Part shown: positions 55,759 to 64,000 of the stretch, in pieces
Layout of the letters: every line of letters starts with the position of its first letter
Numbering within the stretch: position 1 is the stretch's first letter
NCBI GenBank assembly: GCA_903863015.1
Contig: CAIPAI010000043.1
Coordinates: 5,634-69,633 of the forward strand
Reading direction: 5' to 3'
Length of the DNA: 64,000 bases
Source: an uncultured Actinomycetes bacterium
GTDB taxonomy: Bacteria; Actinomycetota; Actinomycetes; Nanopelagicales; Nanopelagicaceae
Program-made: the position numbers and the translations under genes
Notes under the pieces: model-generated
Told to the model about the DNA's origin: nothing
What the model saw: only the letters and a program-made list of their open reading frames with translations
Databases searched by the model: none

Positions 55759-57321
55759 TTACTCAACTCCGAGCAAAAGCGGGTACCACGCCTGACCGCC
55801 ATGAATGATAGATATGTCGATGCCAGGATTGATGGTTCGCGCCGAGTGGGCGACTGCATCTGCGAGCGCGCTATCACCGCCTTCGCCAATAACAATGGTG
55901 AGCAAGTCACCTCCGTCACGCAAAATGAGTGCAGCAGTATCACGTGCTGCTTGCTCGAGACTCTTGCCCACCACAGCAACATCACCGTTGATTAATCCGA
56001 GTACGTCACCGGCCGCACATTCGCCTGCGAAAGTAAGAAATGGTCGACGTGCCACTGCAAGCGTTGCATATTTCGCATGAGCGACCGCTTCGGTCATCTC
56101 CCCTAAGACCTCGTCGAAACTCTTGCTCTCGTCATGTAGCGCGATGGCTGCCAAAGATTGCACTGGAGAACGTGAGGGTAAGACCGCTGCGCGAGCGCCA
56201 TCTTCTCGAATGACGATGAGAGCTTCATCTGCAGTCGACTTACCCGCCTTGTCGTGTGGAAGAAGCAGTACCTCATGGGCACCTTCGGCCGCGTCGATCC
56301 ACTCATCAACGCCGACTCGACGAGATTCAAAAGCCGCGATGACCGTGACTCCTGATGCTTCAAGCACTTCTTGTAATCCCGCGCCGTTTGCCACGGTAAT
56401 CACGCGCCGTGTTCCGCCTACGGCAGAAGATGCGAGTGTCGTGATGCGAACGCGGTGCACGGTTCCTGCCTTCATACCTGCGTCGACCGCAGCGCCCGCG
56501 TCGTCTGTATGTATGTGAACGTTCCAGGTAGGTGAATCACCCACCACTATCACGCTTGATCCGATCGCATCTAAATCGCTGCGCAACTTCGAAACTTTAT
56601 GCACTTCTTCCGTCGAGAGTAGGTACATCACTTCGTATTCGCCATCAGGTTCGCCTTCGCAGGCTGTAACACTGGCGGGAGTGAAAGTAATCCCTTCGAG
56701 TGGGGCCGAAGCAGGATCAAGAACTTCCACTAGCGCTGCCAAGATTCGTTCCAATGCATGTGCGCCGGCATCGATAACACCAGCAGCTTCAGGAATAGGT
56801 GGGTTGAGTGCTGAATCAATCACCGCACGATGTGCACCGCTCCAGGCAGCCCGGGCAATCTCTATCGCACTTCCTGCTTCACAACGCTGGGCGAATTCTG
56901 TCGCCGATGTCATCGCCGTAAGGATCGTGCCCGGCAACGGTTTGGCAACCGCATCCCAAGCTCTTTGCTGAGCCGCCTCGAGAGCAGCAACCAGGCCGCC
57001 ATCGAGCCCAGATGCTATGCCAGCAAAAATCTGACTGGTGATAACCCCGGAATTGCCCCGCGCCCCCACCAACGCGCCCTGCGCAAAGAGGGCCGGAGCC
57101 TGCCCTGTTGAGGGCCCTCCACCTAACGCGACGCGGCCTGCTTCCACTGTGGCCCAGACATTGGTCCCGGTATCGCCATCGGCCACGGGATAGACGTTTT
57201 CGCTGTTGAGCCCCTCGCGAGCTTGCCCCAGCAAGGTCGCGCTACGCTCAATCCAGGCACGAAACTCGACTGCACTCAACCCATCGGGGCGAGTTTCAGG
57301 CGCGCTGGGGGTGTTGGCCAT
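55759..57321 (-). CDS. DAK2-domain fusion protein (YloV family)
   Basis: 520 aa with DGDTGTN in the N-terminal DhaL-like domain and a C-terminal DegV-like region. It lies upstream of recG, as is usual. Confidence 0.88.
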   Translation of the reverse strand: MANTPSAPETRPDGLSAVEFRAWIERSATLLGQAREGLNSENVYPVADGDTGTNVWATVEAGRVALGGGPSTGQAPALFAQGALVGARGNSGVITSQIFAGIASGLDGGLVAALEAAQQRAWDAVAKPLPGTILTAMTSATEFAQRCEAGSAIEIARAAWSGAHRAVIDSALNPPIPEAAGVIDAGAHALERILAALVEVLDPASAPLEGITFTPASVTACEGEPDGEYEVMYLLSTEEVHKVSKLRSDLDAIGSSVIVVGDSPTWNVHIHTDDAGAAVDAGMKAGTVHRVRITTLASSAVGGTRRVITVANGAGLQEVLEASGVTVIAAFESRRVGVDEWIDAAEGAHEVLLLPHDKAGKSTADEALIVIREDGARAAVLPSRSPVQSLAAIALHDESKSFDEVLGEMTEAVAHAKYATLAVARRPFLTFAGECAAGDVLGLINGDVAVVGKSLEQAARDTAALILRDGGDLLTIVIGEGGDSALADAVAHSARTINPGIDISIIHGGQAWYPLLLGVE

Positions 57322-57429
57322 AAGCGTCAGGCTAGCGCCGATTTCGCCCCAAGGCAGGCTCTCGGCTACTCTTCAACCGTAAGCAAGGCGCTTTTGCGCC
57401 TGATGAAAACCCCTATCAAGGAGTATGAC

Positions 57430-57615
57430 GTGGCATCGGTATGCGAGATCTGTGGCAAGGGCCCATCGTGGGGCAACAGCATTTCCCATTCCCACGTACG
57501 TACTTCACGCCGCTGGAACCCCAACATTCAACGCGTCCGCGCGATCATCAAGGGCACCCCAAAGCGCGTCAACGTCTGCGTCTCTTGCCTGAAGGCCGGC
57601 AAAGTAACTCGCTAG
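57430..57615 (+). CDS. rpmB: 50S ribosomal protein L28
   Basis: The GTG at 57430 is preceded by AAGGAG (57417-57422). The product is (M)ASVCEICGKGPSWGNSISHSHVRTSRRWNPNIQRVR..., 61 aa. The ORF-track version from 57223 is an upstream extension. Confidence 0.92.
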   Translation: MASVCEICGKGPSWGNSISHSHVRTSRRWNPNIQRVRAIIKGTPKRVNVCVSCLKAGKVTR

Positions 57616-57636
57616 TCCGCTTCATTAACGCGCACT

Positions 57637-58074
57637 TCAACTAATCTGCAGAGCCCTGGTTTCGCGATTCTCTAAGAGCGCGCCCACACATGTAAATGCT
57701 CCCGGACTCATCCGGTAGACCGCGTTCTGTCCGAACTGGCGAGCGAACTCCAAGACTGTCGCTTCGTCCAAACCCATTACTGCAAATCCCGGTTCTATCC
57801 AGGTTGAGGCTGGGTCATGGCCCACTGCATCGAAGAGAAAGGCTCCGGCACGTTCTAACCCGCGACGAAGTCCCGCATTCAGGGCAGCGTTCATCTGTGG
57901 GGTGAATTGATCGCTGCTCCATGGGTTGGCTGCCGTCATCACAAAGAATTCTTCCGCAGGAAAATTCCACTCACCGCTCGGCACGTCAGTAGCCATAAGG
58001 AGATGGGTGCGAGTGTGATCATCAGTGACACGTACGTGCGTCTCCATATAGAACTTCCAAAAATCGTTTGTCAT
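57637..58074 (-). CDS. Conserved hypothetical protein, DUF3293-like
   Basis: The pattern FFVMTAANPWS...N..L...L.R.G......GHDP....EPGFAV.GL....A..FA..FGQNAVY resembles DUF3293. I prefer the ATG at 58074, which avoids overlap with thiD. Confidence 0.5.
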   Translation of the reverse strand: MTNDFWKFYMETHVRVTDDHTRTHLLMATDVPSGEWNFPAEEFFVMTAANPWSSDQFTPQMNAALNAGLRRGLERAGAFLFDAVGHDPASTWIEPGFAVMGLDEATVLEFARQFGQNAVYRMSPGAFTCVGALLENRETRALQIS

Positions 58075-58078
58075 CTCA

Positions 58079-58876
58079 TCAACTCTTTCGACTTTGCCAA
58101 CCATGATCTACCGGACCAATCCCTGAACCTAATGGAAAACCCAACATGATGGCACCAGTGATGTACTTCTTCGCTAGCTCCACCGATTCTGGAACAGAAT
58201 TGCCAAGCGCTAGGTAACTTGCGATTGCCGAGGCAAGAGTGCAACCCGTTCCGTGAGTATGTCGATTCTCGTACCGCACGGATTCAAAGCGATGGCTCTC
58301 CTTTCCATTTGTTAGCAGATCAACTGCTGGTCCAGAGAGGTGGCCACCTTTGATCAACACCCACTCGGGACCGAAAGCCAGGAGCGCATCAGCCGCGTGA
58401 GTCATACCTTTCTCATCAGAAATAGTAATTCCAGTGAGCTGCGAAACTTCGTAAAGGTTTGGAGTAATCACCGTAGCTATCGGAATGAGTCGCTCGCGAA
58501 GGTTCGTCAGCGCATCAACGGCAAGAAGAGAATCACCATGCTTACTCACGCCCACAGGATCAACCACGATCGGCACGTCGGCGGGGAGTCGTTCTAAGAG
58601 CTGCGCAACTACCGCAACTAGTTGCGCATTTGCCAGCATCCCGGTCTTCACCGCATCGACACCAATATCGTCAACGACAGAGTGAAACTGCGCCTCAACC
58701 GCCTCTGAAGACATCTCCCAAACGCCTTGCACTCCCAACGAATTCTGCGCGGTGATCGCGGTAACCACGCTCATCCCGTGCACGCCACAGGCAAGCATTG
58801 TTTTGAGATCGGCCTGGATGCCGGCACCACCGCCGCTATCGGACCCTGCGATGGTGAGCACACGCTTCATATTCAC
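58079..58876 (-). CDS. thiD: Hydroxymethylpyrimidine/phosphomethylpyrimidine kinase
   Basis: 265 aa with [21 protein letters not shown] and [11 protein letters not shown]. Confidence 0.92.
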   Translation of the reverse strand: MNMKRVLTIAGSDSGGGAGIQADLKTMLACGVHGMSVVTAITAQNSLGVQGVWEMSSEAVEAQFHSVVDDIGVDAVKTGMLANAQLVAVVAQLLERLPADVPIVVDPVGVSKHGDSLLAVDALTNLRERLIPIATVITPNLYEVSQLTGITISDEKGMTHAADALLAFGPEWVLIKGGHLSGPAVDLLTNGKESHRFESVRYENRHTHGTGCTLASAIASYLALGNSVPESVELAKKYITGAIMLGFPLGSGIGPVDHGWQSRKS

Positions 58877-58891
58877 ACTCTAATTCATTAG

Positions 58892-59842
58892 TTAAGCGGA
58901 AAAGTGATCATGGCCAAGATGACCTAGTGCAATCCCTGCACTTACTACCGCACCCTCACCTCTTGGACACACGATGCCGATAGCACGTGCGCCTGCGGGT
59001 GGCACTGCTTGGGGCGGCAACGTGCCAGTGAACGCGTGATCTTCTCCACCACCCAGGGCCCACTCGAATGGATCTACTTCAAGTTCGTGGGCAGCAGCGA
59101 ATAGCTCAGAAATATCTAAGGCATCAACATCGATATCAATAGTGACCCCACTGGCATCGGCAATATGACCCAAATCAGCAACAAGACCATCGCTCACATC
59201 ACAGAGAGATGTGGCACCTAGCGCAGCGAATTCACGTGCACTTTCATACGGAGGCTTGGGAACTTTATGAAGAGCAATGAGACCAGGAGCAATGCCAAGT
59301 CCACGAGAAAGAATTTCAAGTCCAGCTGCCGACGCACCAGTTTGGCCGAGGAGATAAACGATGTCACCCACCTGAGCACCAGTGCGTGTGACTGGAGCAG
59401 AGATCGCAGGGCTTACTTCGCCAATTGCGGTAATCGAAATAGTGATGATTTCCCCGCGCACAGTATCTCCACCGACCACGCTGGCACCTTCCACCGCGCA
59501 CTCGTCGTTAATACCTTGGGTTAGTTGCAAAGCCCACTCGGTAGAAAGCTGCGGCGGCGCGGCAAAAGCCACAACAAGGGCTCGAGTAACACCACCCATG
59601 GCAGCAATATCAGCCAAATTTGCCGCTGCACATTTGCGACCGATCTCGTACGCACTCGACCAATCAGTGCGAAAGTGCACACCCTCCACTGCCATATCAG
59701 TGGTGATAAGTACTTTCCCGGACGAGACCGCGACGAGGGCAGCATCATCACCAATTCCGATCTCCACTCCTGCGCCAACGCGCGTGGCGAGTGCGATTGC
59801 AGCAATCAGCCCGAACTCCCCCACCTCGCCGAGGCTACTCAT
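58892..59842 (-). CDS. thiL: Thiamine-monophosphate kinase
   Basis: 316 aa, AIR-synthase-like fold, with GEFGLI and IGDDAA at the N-terminus. Confidence 0.9.
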   Translation of the reverse strand: MSSLGEVGEFGLIAAIALATRVGAGVEIGIGDDAALVAVSSGKVLITTDMAVEGVHFRTDWSSAYEIGRKCAAANLADIAAMGGVTRALVVAFAAPPQLSTEWALQLTQGINDECAVEGASVVGGDTVRGEIITISITAIGEVSPAISAPVTRTGAQVGDIVYLLGQTGASAAGLEILSRGLGIAPGLIALHKVPKPPYESAREFAALGATSLCDVSDGLVADLGHIADASGVTIDIDVDALDISELFAAAHELEVDPFEWALGGGEDHAFTGTLPPQAVPPAGARAIGIVCPRGEGAVVSAGIALGHLGHDHFSA

Positions 59843-59910
59843 AGCGCACTCCAGCCGTTACGCTCCTGGCAGAGGAGGCACCCCATCGTCTCCGAGTGAG
59901 AGGAGTGATC

Positions 59911-60150
59911 ATGTCCACCGTGCACGCTTACATCTTGATTCAGACTGAGGTCGGTAAGTCCGCTGAAGTGGCCGATGCCATTCGACAACTCCCTGGCATC
60001 ACTCTCGCCGAAGATGTCACCGGTCCATACGACGTCATCGTGCGCTCTGAAGCTACCGACATGAACGAGCTTGGCCGACAAGTGGTTGCGAAAGTACAGG
60101 CAGTGCCGGGAATTACTCGCACGCTTACTTGCCCCGTGGTGCATTTCTAA
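59911..60150 (+). CDS. Stand-alone Lrp/AsnC ligand-binding (RAM) domain protein without an HTH
   Basis: The ATG at 59911 is preceded by GAGAGGAG. The 79-aa product MSTVHAYILIQTEVGKSAEVADAIRQLPGI..AEDVTGPYDVIV... matches the AsnC_trans_reg C-terminal domain only. Confidence 0.75.
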   Translation: MSTVHAYILIQTEVGKSAEVADAIRQLPGITLAEDVTGPYDVIVRSEATDMNELGRQVVAKVQAVPGITRTLTCPVVHF

Positions 60151-60153
60151 CCG

Positions 60154-61203
60154 CTATCGCAAAATCGTGGTGGGGCGCGCGAGCGCTTCATCAAGCAAGA
60201 TGGATATAAGTTCTGCGTAAGGCACGCCACTGGCATCCCACAAACGTGGATACATCGAAGTGGGCGTAAAGCCAGGCATGGTATTCACTTCGTTAATGAG
60301 TGGACCTTCGGCGGTCAAGAAGAAATCAACGCGCGCCAACCCCTCGCAACCAAGTGCGATAAAGGCCTCCTGCGCCATCGCTTGAATCTCTTTAACTAAA
60401 GGGCTGTCTAGTTCAGCCGGAATTGTAAGAGTGGTGCCGTCGTCAAAATACTTGGCAGCGAAATCATAAAATTCGTATTTACTGTCTACCAAAATTTCAC
60501 CTGGAATCGAGACCATAATTTCGCCTTGAGCATTTTGAAGTACTGCACATTCAACTTCGCGACCAATGACGCCCTCTTCAACAATGATGCGTGCGTCGTG
60601 TTCGCCTGCAGCTGCAATCGCATCGCCAAGATCAGCCGCGCTCTTCACTTTTGTAATTCCTTGGCTCGATCCTGCGCGCGAAGGTTTGACGAATACTGGA
60701 AGTGGAAGGTGCTCGGTGATTTCACTTTCAATGCCGGCGGGATCGAGCACCCAGTCTGCAAAGCGGAATGAGACGTGGTCTGGTGTGGGAAGTTCAGCAG
60801 AAGTAAGCAGTTGCTTCATTGCTGACTTCTCCATAGATGCCGCCGATGCCAGCACGCCAGACCCGACATAGCGCATCTTGGCACTTTCCATTAATCCTTG
60901 AATGGCTCCATCTTCACCATAAGCACCGTGGAGCAGTGGGAAAACCACATCGAATCCGTCAAGAAGTGCCGGTCCAGCAAGTGCACTATGTGTGGCATCT
61001 GTGATCTCCGGCAATACGTCTCCACGAAGAACGAAATCAGGGCTTTCCATCACGCGCCAACCACCATCGCGAGTAATTCCAAGCACAGTCACGTCGAAGC
61101 GATCCTGGTCGATCGCAGCGAGCACGCTACCGGTAGAGACGCAGGAGATACCGTGCTCACTACTTTGCCCTCCACACAAGAGGGCTACACGTACTCGAGG
61201 CAT
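60154..61203 (-). CDS. ddl: D-alanine--D-alanine ligase
   Basis: 349 aa with an ATP-grasp fold, GG.S.EH.IS at the N-terminus and a NEVNTMPGFT C-terminal motif. Confidence 0.95.
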   Translation of the reverse strand: MPRVRVALLCGGQSSEHGISCVSTGSVLAAIDQDRFDVTVLGITRDGGWRVMESPDFVLRGDVLPEITDATHSALAGPALLDGFDVVFPLLHGAYGEDGAIQGLMESAKMRYVGSGVLASAASMEKSAMKQLLTSAELPTPDHVSFRFADWVLDPAGIESEITEHLPLPVFVKPSRAGSSQGITKVKSAADLGDAIAAAGEHDARIIVEEGVIGREVECAVLQNAQGEIMVSIPGEILVDSKYEFYDFAAKYFDDGTTLTIPAELDSPLVKEIQAMAQEAFIALGCEGLARVDFFLTAEGPLINEVNTMPGFTPTSMYPRLWDASGVPYAELISILLDEALARPTTILR

Positions 61204-61243
61204 GAGATGACAGTACCCGAACGAGCTGATAAGTCGCCCGATA

Positions 61244-62398
61244 GTGGATACTTACTCCATGAGTGATTCCGCCGACAAAGCCGTCCGTATCGAGACAACA
61301 GTGGTGCACGCCGGTCGGCCGCCGCGAATAGCTGGCGCGCCAGTCAACCCCACCATCTCACTCTCCTCCACCTACATTGCCGGTCCGGAAGATAATCCAC
61401 CGCTCTACGCGTACGCCCGCGAACATCACGAAACTGGTCGCGCCTTTGAGGATGCACTTGGTGAATTAGAAGGTGGACTCGCCCTCGCTTATGGCTCTGG
61501 CATGGCAGCCACCACCACCGTCATGGGATTGGTGCCGATCGGTGGCATCGTCGTAGTTCCGCATGTCGCCTACACCGGTGCACTCAACGTTGCGCGCACC
61601 AAAGAAGAGCGCGGTGAAATCATCCGCCGCCCCATCGACACGAGCAATCTTGCAGAGATCGAGAAAGCGGTCCAAGGCGCGCACATGCTCTGGATTGAAA
61701 CGCCAACCAACCCGACCCTTGCCATCACTGACATCACACGCGCTGCAGCGATTGCACATGCGGCCGGTGCGATGGTGGTGGTCGATTCCACTTTTGCTAC
61801 GCCAATGCTCACAAATCCACTTTCGCTCGGTGCCGACATCGTGATCCACTCGGTTACGAAGTGGATCGCCGGTCACTCGGATCTACTTATGGGCGCAACC
61901 GTCGTAAAAGAAGAGGTGCTTTACGACAAACTCCAACTTGCAAGAGTCCTGAATGGTGCGGTTATCGCGCCTTTTGAGGCATGGCTCGCTCTTCGCGGAA
62001 TGCGCACATTAGCCATTCGCGTAAAAGAAGCGTGTAGTAGCGCAGAACTCCTGGCAGCTCGTCTTTCCGAACATCCTGCAGTTTCTCGAGTTTCCTACCC
62101 TGGGCTACCTAGCCATCCACAACATGAATTAGCTAAGAATCAGATGAGTGGGCGCTTCGGCTCCATCATCGCCATTGAATTGCATGGTGGAAAGAATGCC
62201 GCAATCAAACTCTGTGACTCCACGAAGATCTGGATGCATGGAACGAGCATCGGCGGCGTGGAGTCCCTTCTGGAACGTCGCCGTCGCTGGAAATCTGAAT
62301 CACCAGAAGTGGACGATTCACTTATTCGCCTCAGCGTGGGAATTGAAAACGTGGAAGATCTCTGGAGCGATTTAGAAAGCGCGCTCAACTCTCTTTAA
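61244..62398 (+). CDS. Cys/Met-metabolism PLP enzyme (cystathionine gamma-synthase/gamma-lyase family)
   Basis: 384 aa with the PLP lysine in HSVTKWIAGHSD. The start is either the GTG at 61244 or the ATG at 61259. No clear Shine-Dalgarno sequence is present, so the transcript may be leaderless. Confidence 0.88.
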   Translation: MDTYSMSDSADKAVRIETTVVHAGRPPRIAGAPVNPTISLSSTYIAGPEDNPPLYAYAREHHETGRAFEDALGELEGGLALAYGSGMAATTTVMGLVPIGGIVVVPHVAYTGALNVARTKEERGEIIRRPIDTSNLAEIEKAVQGAHMLWIETPTNPTLAITDITRAAAIAHAAGAMVVVDSTFATPMLTNPLSLGADIVIHSVTKWIAGHSDLLMGATVVKEEVLYDKLQLARVLNGAVIAPFEAWLALRGMRTLAIRVKEACSSAELLAARLSEHPAVSRVSYPGLPSHPQHELAKNQMSGRFGSIIAIELHGGKNAAIKLCDSTKIWMHGTSIGGVESLLERRRRWKSESPEVDDSLIRLSVGIENVEDLWSDLESALNSL

Positions 62399-63391
62399 CT
62401 ACTCAGCTCGCTTTTCACGTGACATCAATTTGCGGACCGCATCGGTTGGCGTAAGCGCGCCTTCGATCACGGCAACTACCGCTTCAGTAATAGGCATCGA
62501 CTCGCCGTGGCGAATCGCCAGTTCCAGAAGTGGTCTCGCGCTCTTTACTGCTTCAGCAGTCGTTGAAGCAGCCTCAGTTGCTTCGGAGAGAGTGAGGCCC
62601 TTGCCTAGTCGCTCGCCGAAAGTGCGGTTACGTGAAAGTGGCGAGGAGCAAGTGGCAACCAAATCGCCGAGTCCGGCTAATCCAGAAAAAGTAGCGTCCT
62701 CCGCTCCCATGGCTACTCCCAGCCGGGTGATCTCGGCCAAACCTCGAGTAATCACCGTGGCTTGCGTGTTGTCACCCATGCCCAGTCCGACAGCCATACC
62801 CACCGTAAAAGCGATGACGTTCTTGCCGACACCTGCAATTTCGCAACCGACTACATCTGTTGATGTGTATGGACGAAAATACGGCGCACCTGAAAGAGAT
62901 TGCAGGAGCAACGCGCTCTGTTCCGACGATGATGCGACAACGCCAGCAGCAGGTTGCCGCGCAATGATTTCGCCAGCCAAGTTAGGTCCAGTGACAAGCG
63001 CGAACCGATCCGCTTGGTGTCCCCACTCTTGCGCGACAATTTCACTTACCCGAAGCGAGGTAGTCATTTCCAAACCTTTAAGCAGACTCACAACTAGAGA
63101 GTCATCTGAAATATATGGTTTCCACGCCTGCAAGTTGCTACGCAATGCTTGAGTAGGCACAGCAAGTACCACTACATCAGCAGCGAGCGCTCGTGGGGCA
63201 TCACTCGTTGCGGTTATCGATTCTGAAAGCGCGATTCCGGCATGGAACTTGGAGTTCATGTGACGTGAATTAATCTCTGCAATGACGGCTTCATCTCGAC
63301 CCCAGAGGAGCACCTGATGACCAGCATCGGCCACCACTTGCGCAAAAGCAGTTCCCCAGGAACCAGCACCGAGAATAGAGATTGAGGTCAT
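62399..63391 (-). CDS. gpsA: NAD(P)H-dependent glycerol-3-phosphate dehydrogenase
   Basis: 330 aa with ILGAGSWGTA at the N-terminus. Confidence 0.95.
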   Translation of the reverse strand: MTSISILGAGSWGTAFAQVVADAGHQVLLWGRDEAVIAEINSRHMNSKFHAGIALSESITATSDAPRALAADVVVLAVPTQALRSNLQAWKPYISDDSLVVSLLKGLEMTTSLRVSEIVAQEWGHQADRFALVTGPNLAGEIIARQPAAGVVASSSEQSALLLQSLSGAPYFRPYTSTDVVGCEIAGVGKNVIAFTVGMAVGLGMGDNTQATVITRGLAEITRLGVAMGAEDATFSGLAGLGDLVATCSSPLSRNRTFGERLGKGLTLSEATEAASTTAEAVKSARPLLELAIRHGESMPITEAVVAVIEGALTPTDAVRKLMSREKRAE

Positions 63392-64000
63392 CGTTTCTTC
63401 TTCTTAAAGTTGCCGGTTCGCGGAAGGTCGGACTTGCGAAGGTCGAATCGCTCAGCGGGAGCTTTCTCTCCACGAATCTCTTCCAGCATTGACGTAATAG
63501 CGTCCATGACAAAATTTGTTACTTCAATGAGCACCTGTTGATTAATGGGTTTACCGAGCCACGGCGAGAGATCTAATGCAGGACCTGCATGTACGTGAAC
63601 GAGAGTTCGTGGAAAGAGTTTGATTCGCTTTGCGTAAGTTCCGATGATTTCTTGGGCGCCCCACTGGGCAACTGGAATAACGGGCGCACCGGTTTCCAAT
63701 GCAATGCGTGCGACTCCAGTTTTTCCAGTCATCGGCCAGTGGTGAGGATCTCTCGTCAAAGTAGCCTCGGGGTAGACGCCCAGAAGTTCTCCACCTTTCA
63801 CAGCCTCTACCGCGGCCATATAGGCGGCGTGAGCGCCATCGCTTTCGCGAAAGACTGGAATCTGGCCGGCGCCACGAATAATGCGTCCCACAATGGGAAC
63901 CGAGAAGAGACCGGACTTGGCCAGGAAACGTCCCGGCCGGCCATTGTCAAAGAGGTAGTGCGCAAAGACCAAGGGGTCGGCGTGCGAAATATGGTTCACC
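63388..64000 (-). CDS. plsC: 1-acyl-sn-glycerol-3-phosphate acyltransferase. Only the 3' part is present; the gene runs off the right edge.
   Basis: The acyltransferase H(x)4D motif NHISHAD lies at the window edge, followed by FPEATLTRD-like and PVIPVA blocks. The true start lies beyond 64000. Confidence 0.85.
   Translation of the reverse strand, partial: VNHISHADPLVFAHYLFDNGRPGRFLAKSGLFSVPIVGRIIRGAGQIPVFRESDGAHAAYMAAVEAVKGGELLGVYPEATLTRDPHHWPMTGKTGVARIALETGAPVIPVAQWGAQEIIGTYAKRIKLFPRTLVHVHAGPALDLSPWLGKPINQQVLIEVTNFVMDAITSMLEEIRGEKAPAERFDLRKSDLPRTGNFKKKKR

Noticed and set aside
57322-59910. I looked for a TPP riboswitch near thiD/thiL and for other riboswitches upstream of the Cys/Met PLP enzyme gene and potD.
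   Set aside because: The available upstream spacers are too short: thiL-thiD are coupled to neighbours, and the spacer before the PLP enzyme gene is 40-55 nt. I could not see the conserved CUGAGA/ACCUGAUCUGGAUAAUGC-type TPP core or a SAM-box core anywhere in these regions.

Overview
This is a compact chromosomal segment of an actinobacterium (Actinomycetota). Genes are tightly packed, with many 1-4 nt start/stop overlaps. I found no rRNA, tRNA, CRISPR array, transposase or prophage. The right two thirds (about 22.1-64 kb) is the conserved actinobacterial housekeeping backbone: rlmN-cdsA-frr-pyrH-tsf-rpsB, xerC-dprA-comM-yraN-rnhB-lepB-rplS-trmD-rimM-KH-rpsP-ffh, glnD-glnK-amtB, ftsY-smc-mutM-rnc-rpmF-yceD, coaD-rsmD-recG-DAK2, rpmB, thiD-thiL, ddl, gpsA-plsC. 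The left third holds trpBA, a large secreted protein with two HExxH zincin motifs, an orphan HicA-like toxin, and a ~14 kb divergent supercluster for polyamine uptake and catabolism (patD-like ALDH, APC permease, potDABC, gabT versus lrp, omega-aminotransferase, PNPOx-like flavoprotein, FAD amine oxidoreductase, glutaryl-CoA dehydrogenase).

Candidates most worth follow-up, in order:
1. A 984-aa cytoplasmic three-domain fusion in a variable slot next to rpsB: APH-type kinase, an apparently intact M23/LytM zinc site, and an ETNPPL/PHYKPL-like PLP phospho-lyase.
2. A translationally coupled pair of an orphan 584-aa secreted protein and an SSI-family (subtilisin-inhibitor-like) lipoprotein.
3. 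The dual-zincin secreted protein with PT linkers.
4. Decayed or orphan toxin-antitoxin material (HicA, DUF4258 remnant).
5. A visibly G+C-rich ~330 nt untranslated region plus the M23 gene upstream of rpsB, which may hold a structured RNA.

All calls rest on reading the supplied translations and the sequence by eye. No database search or computation was run.
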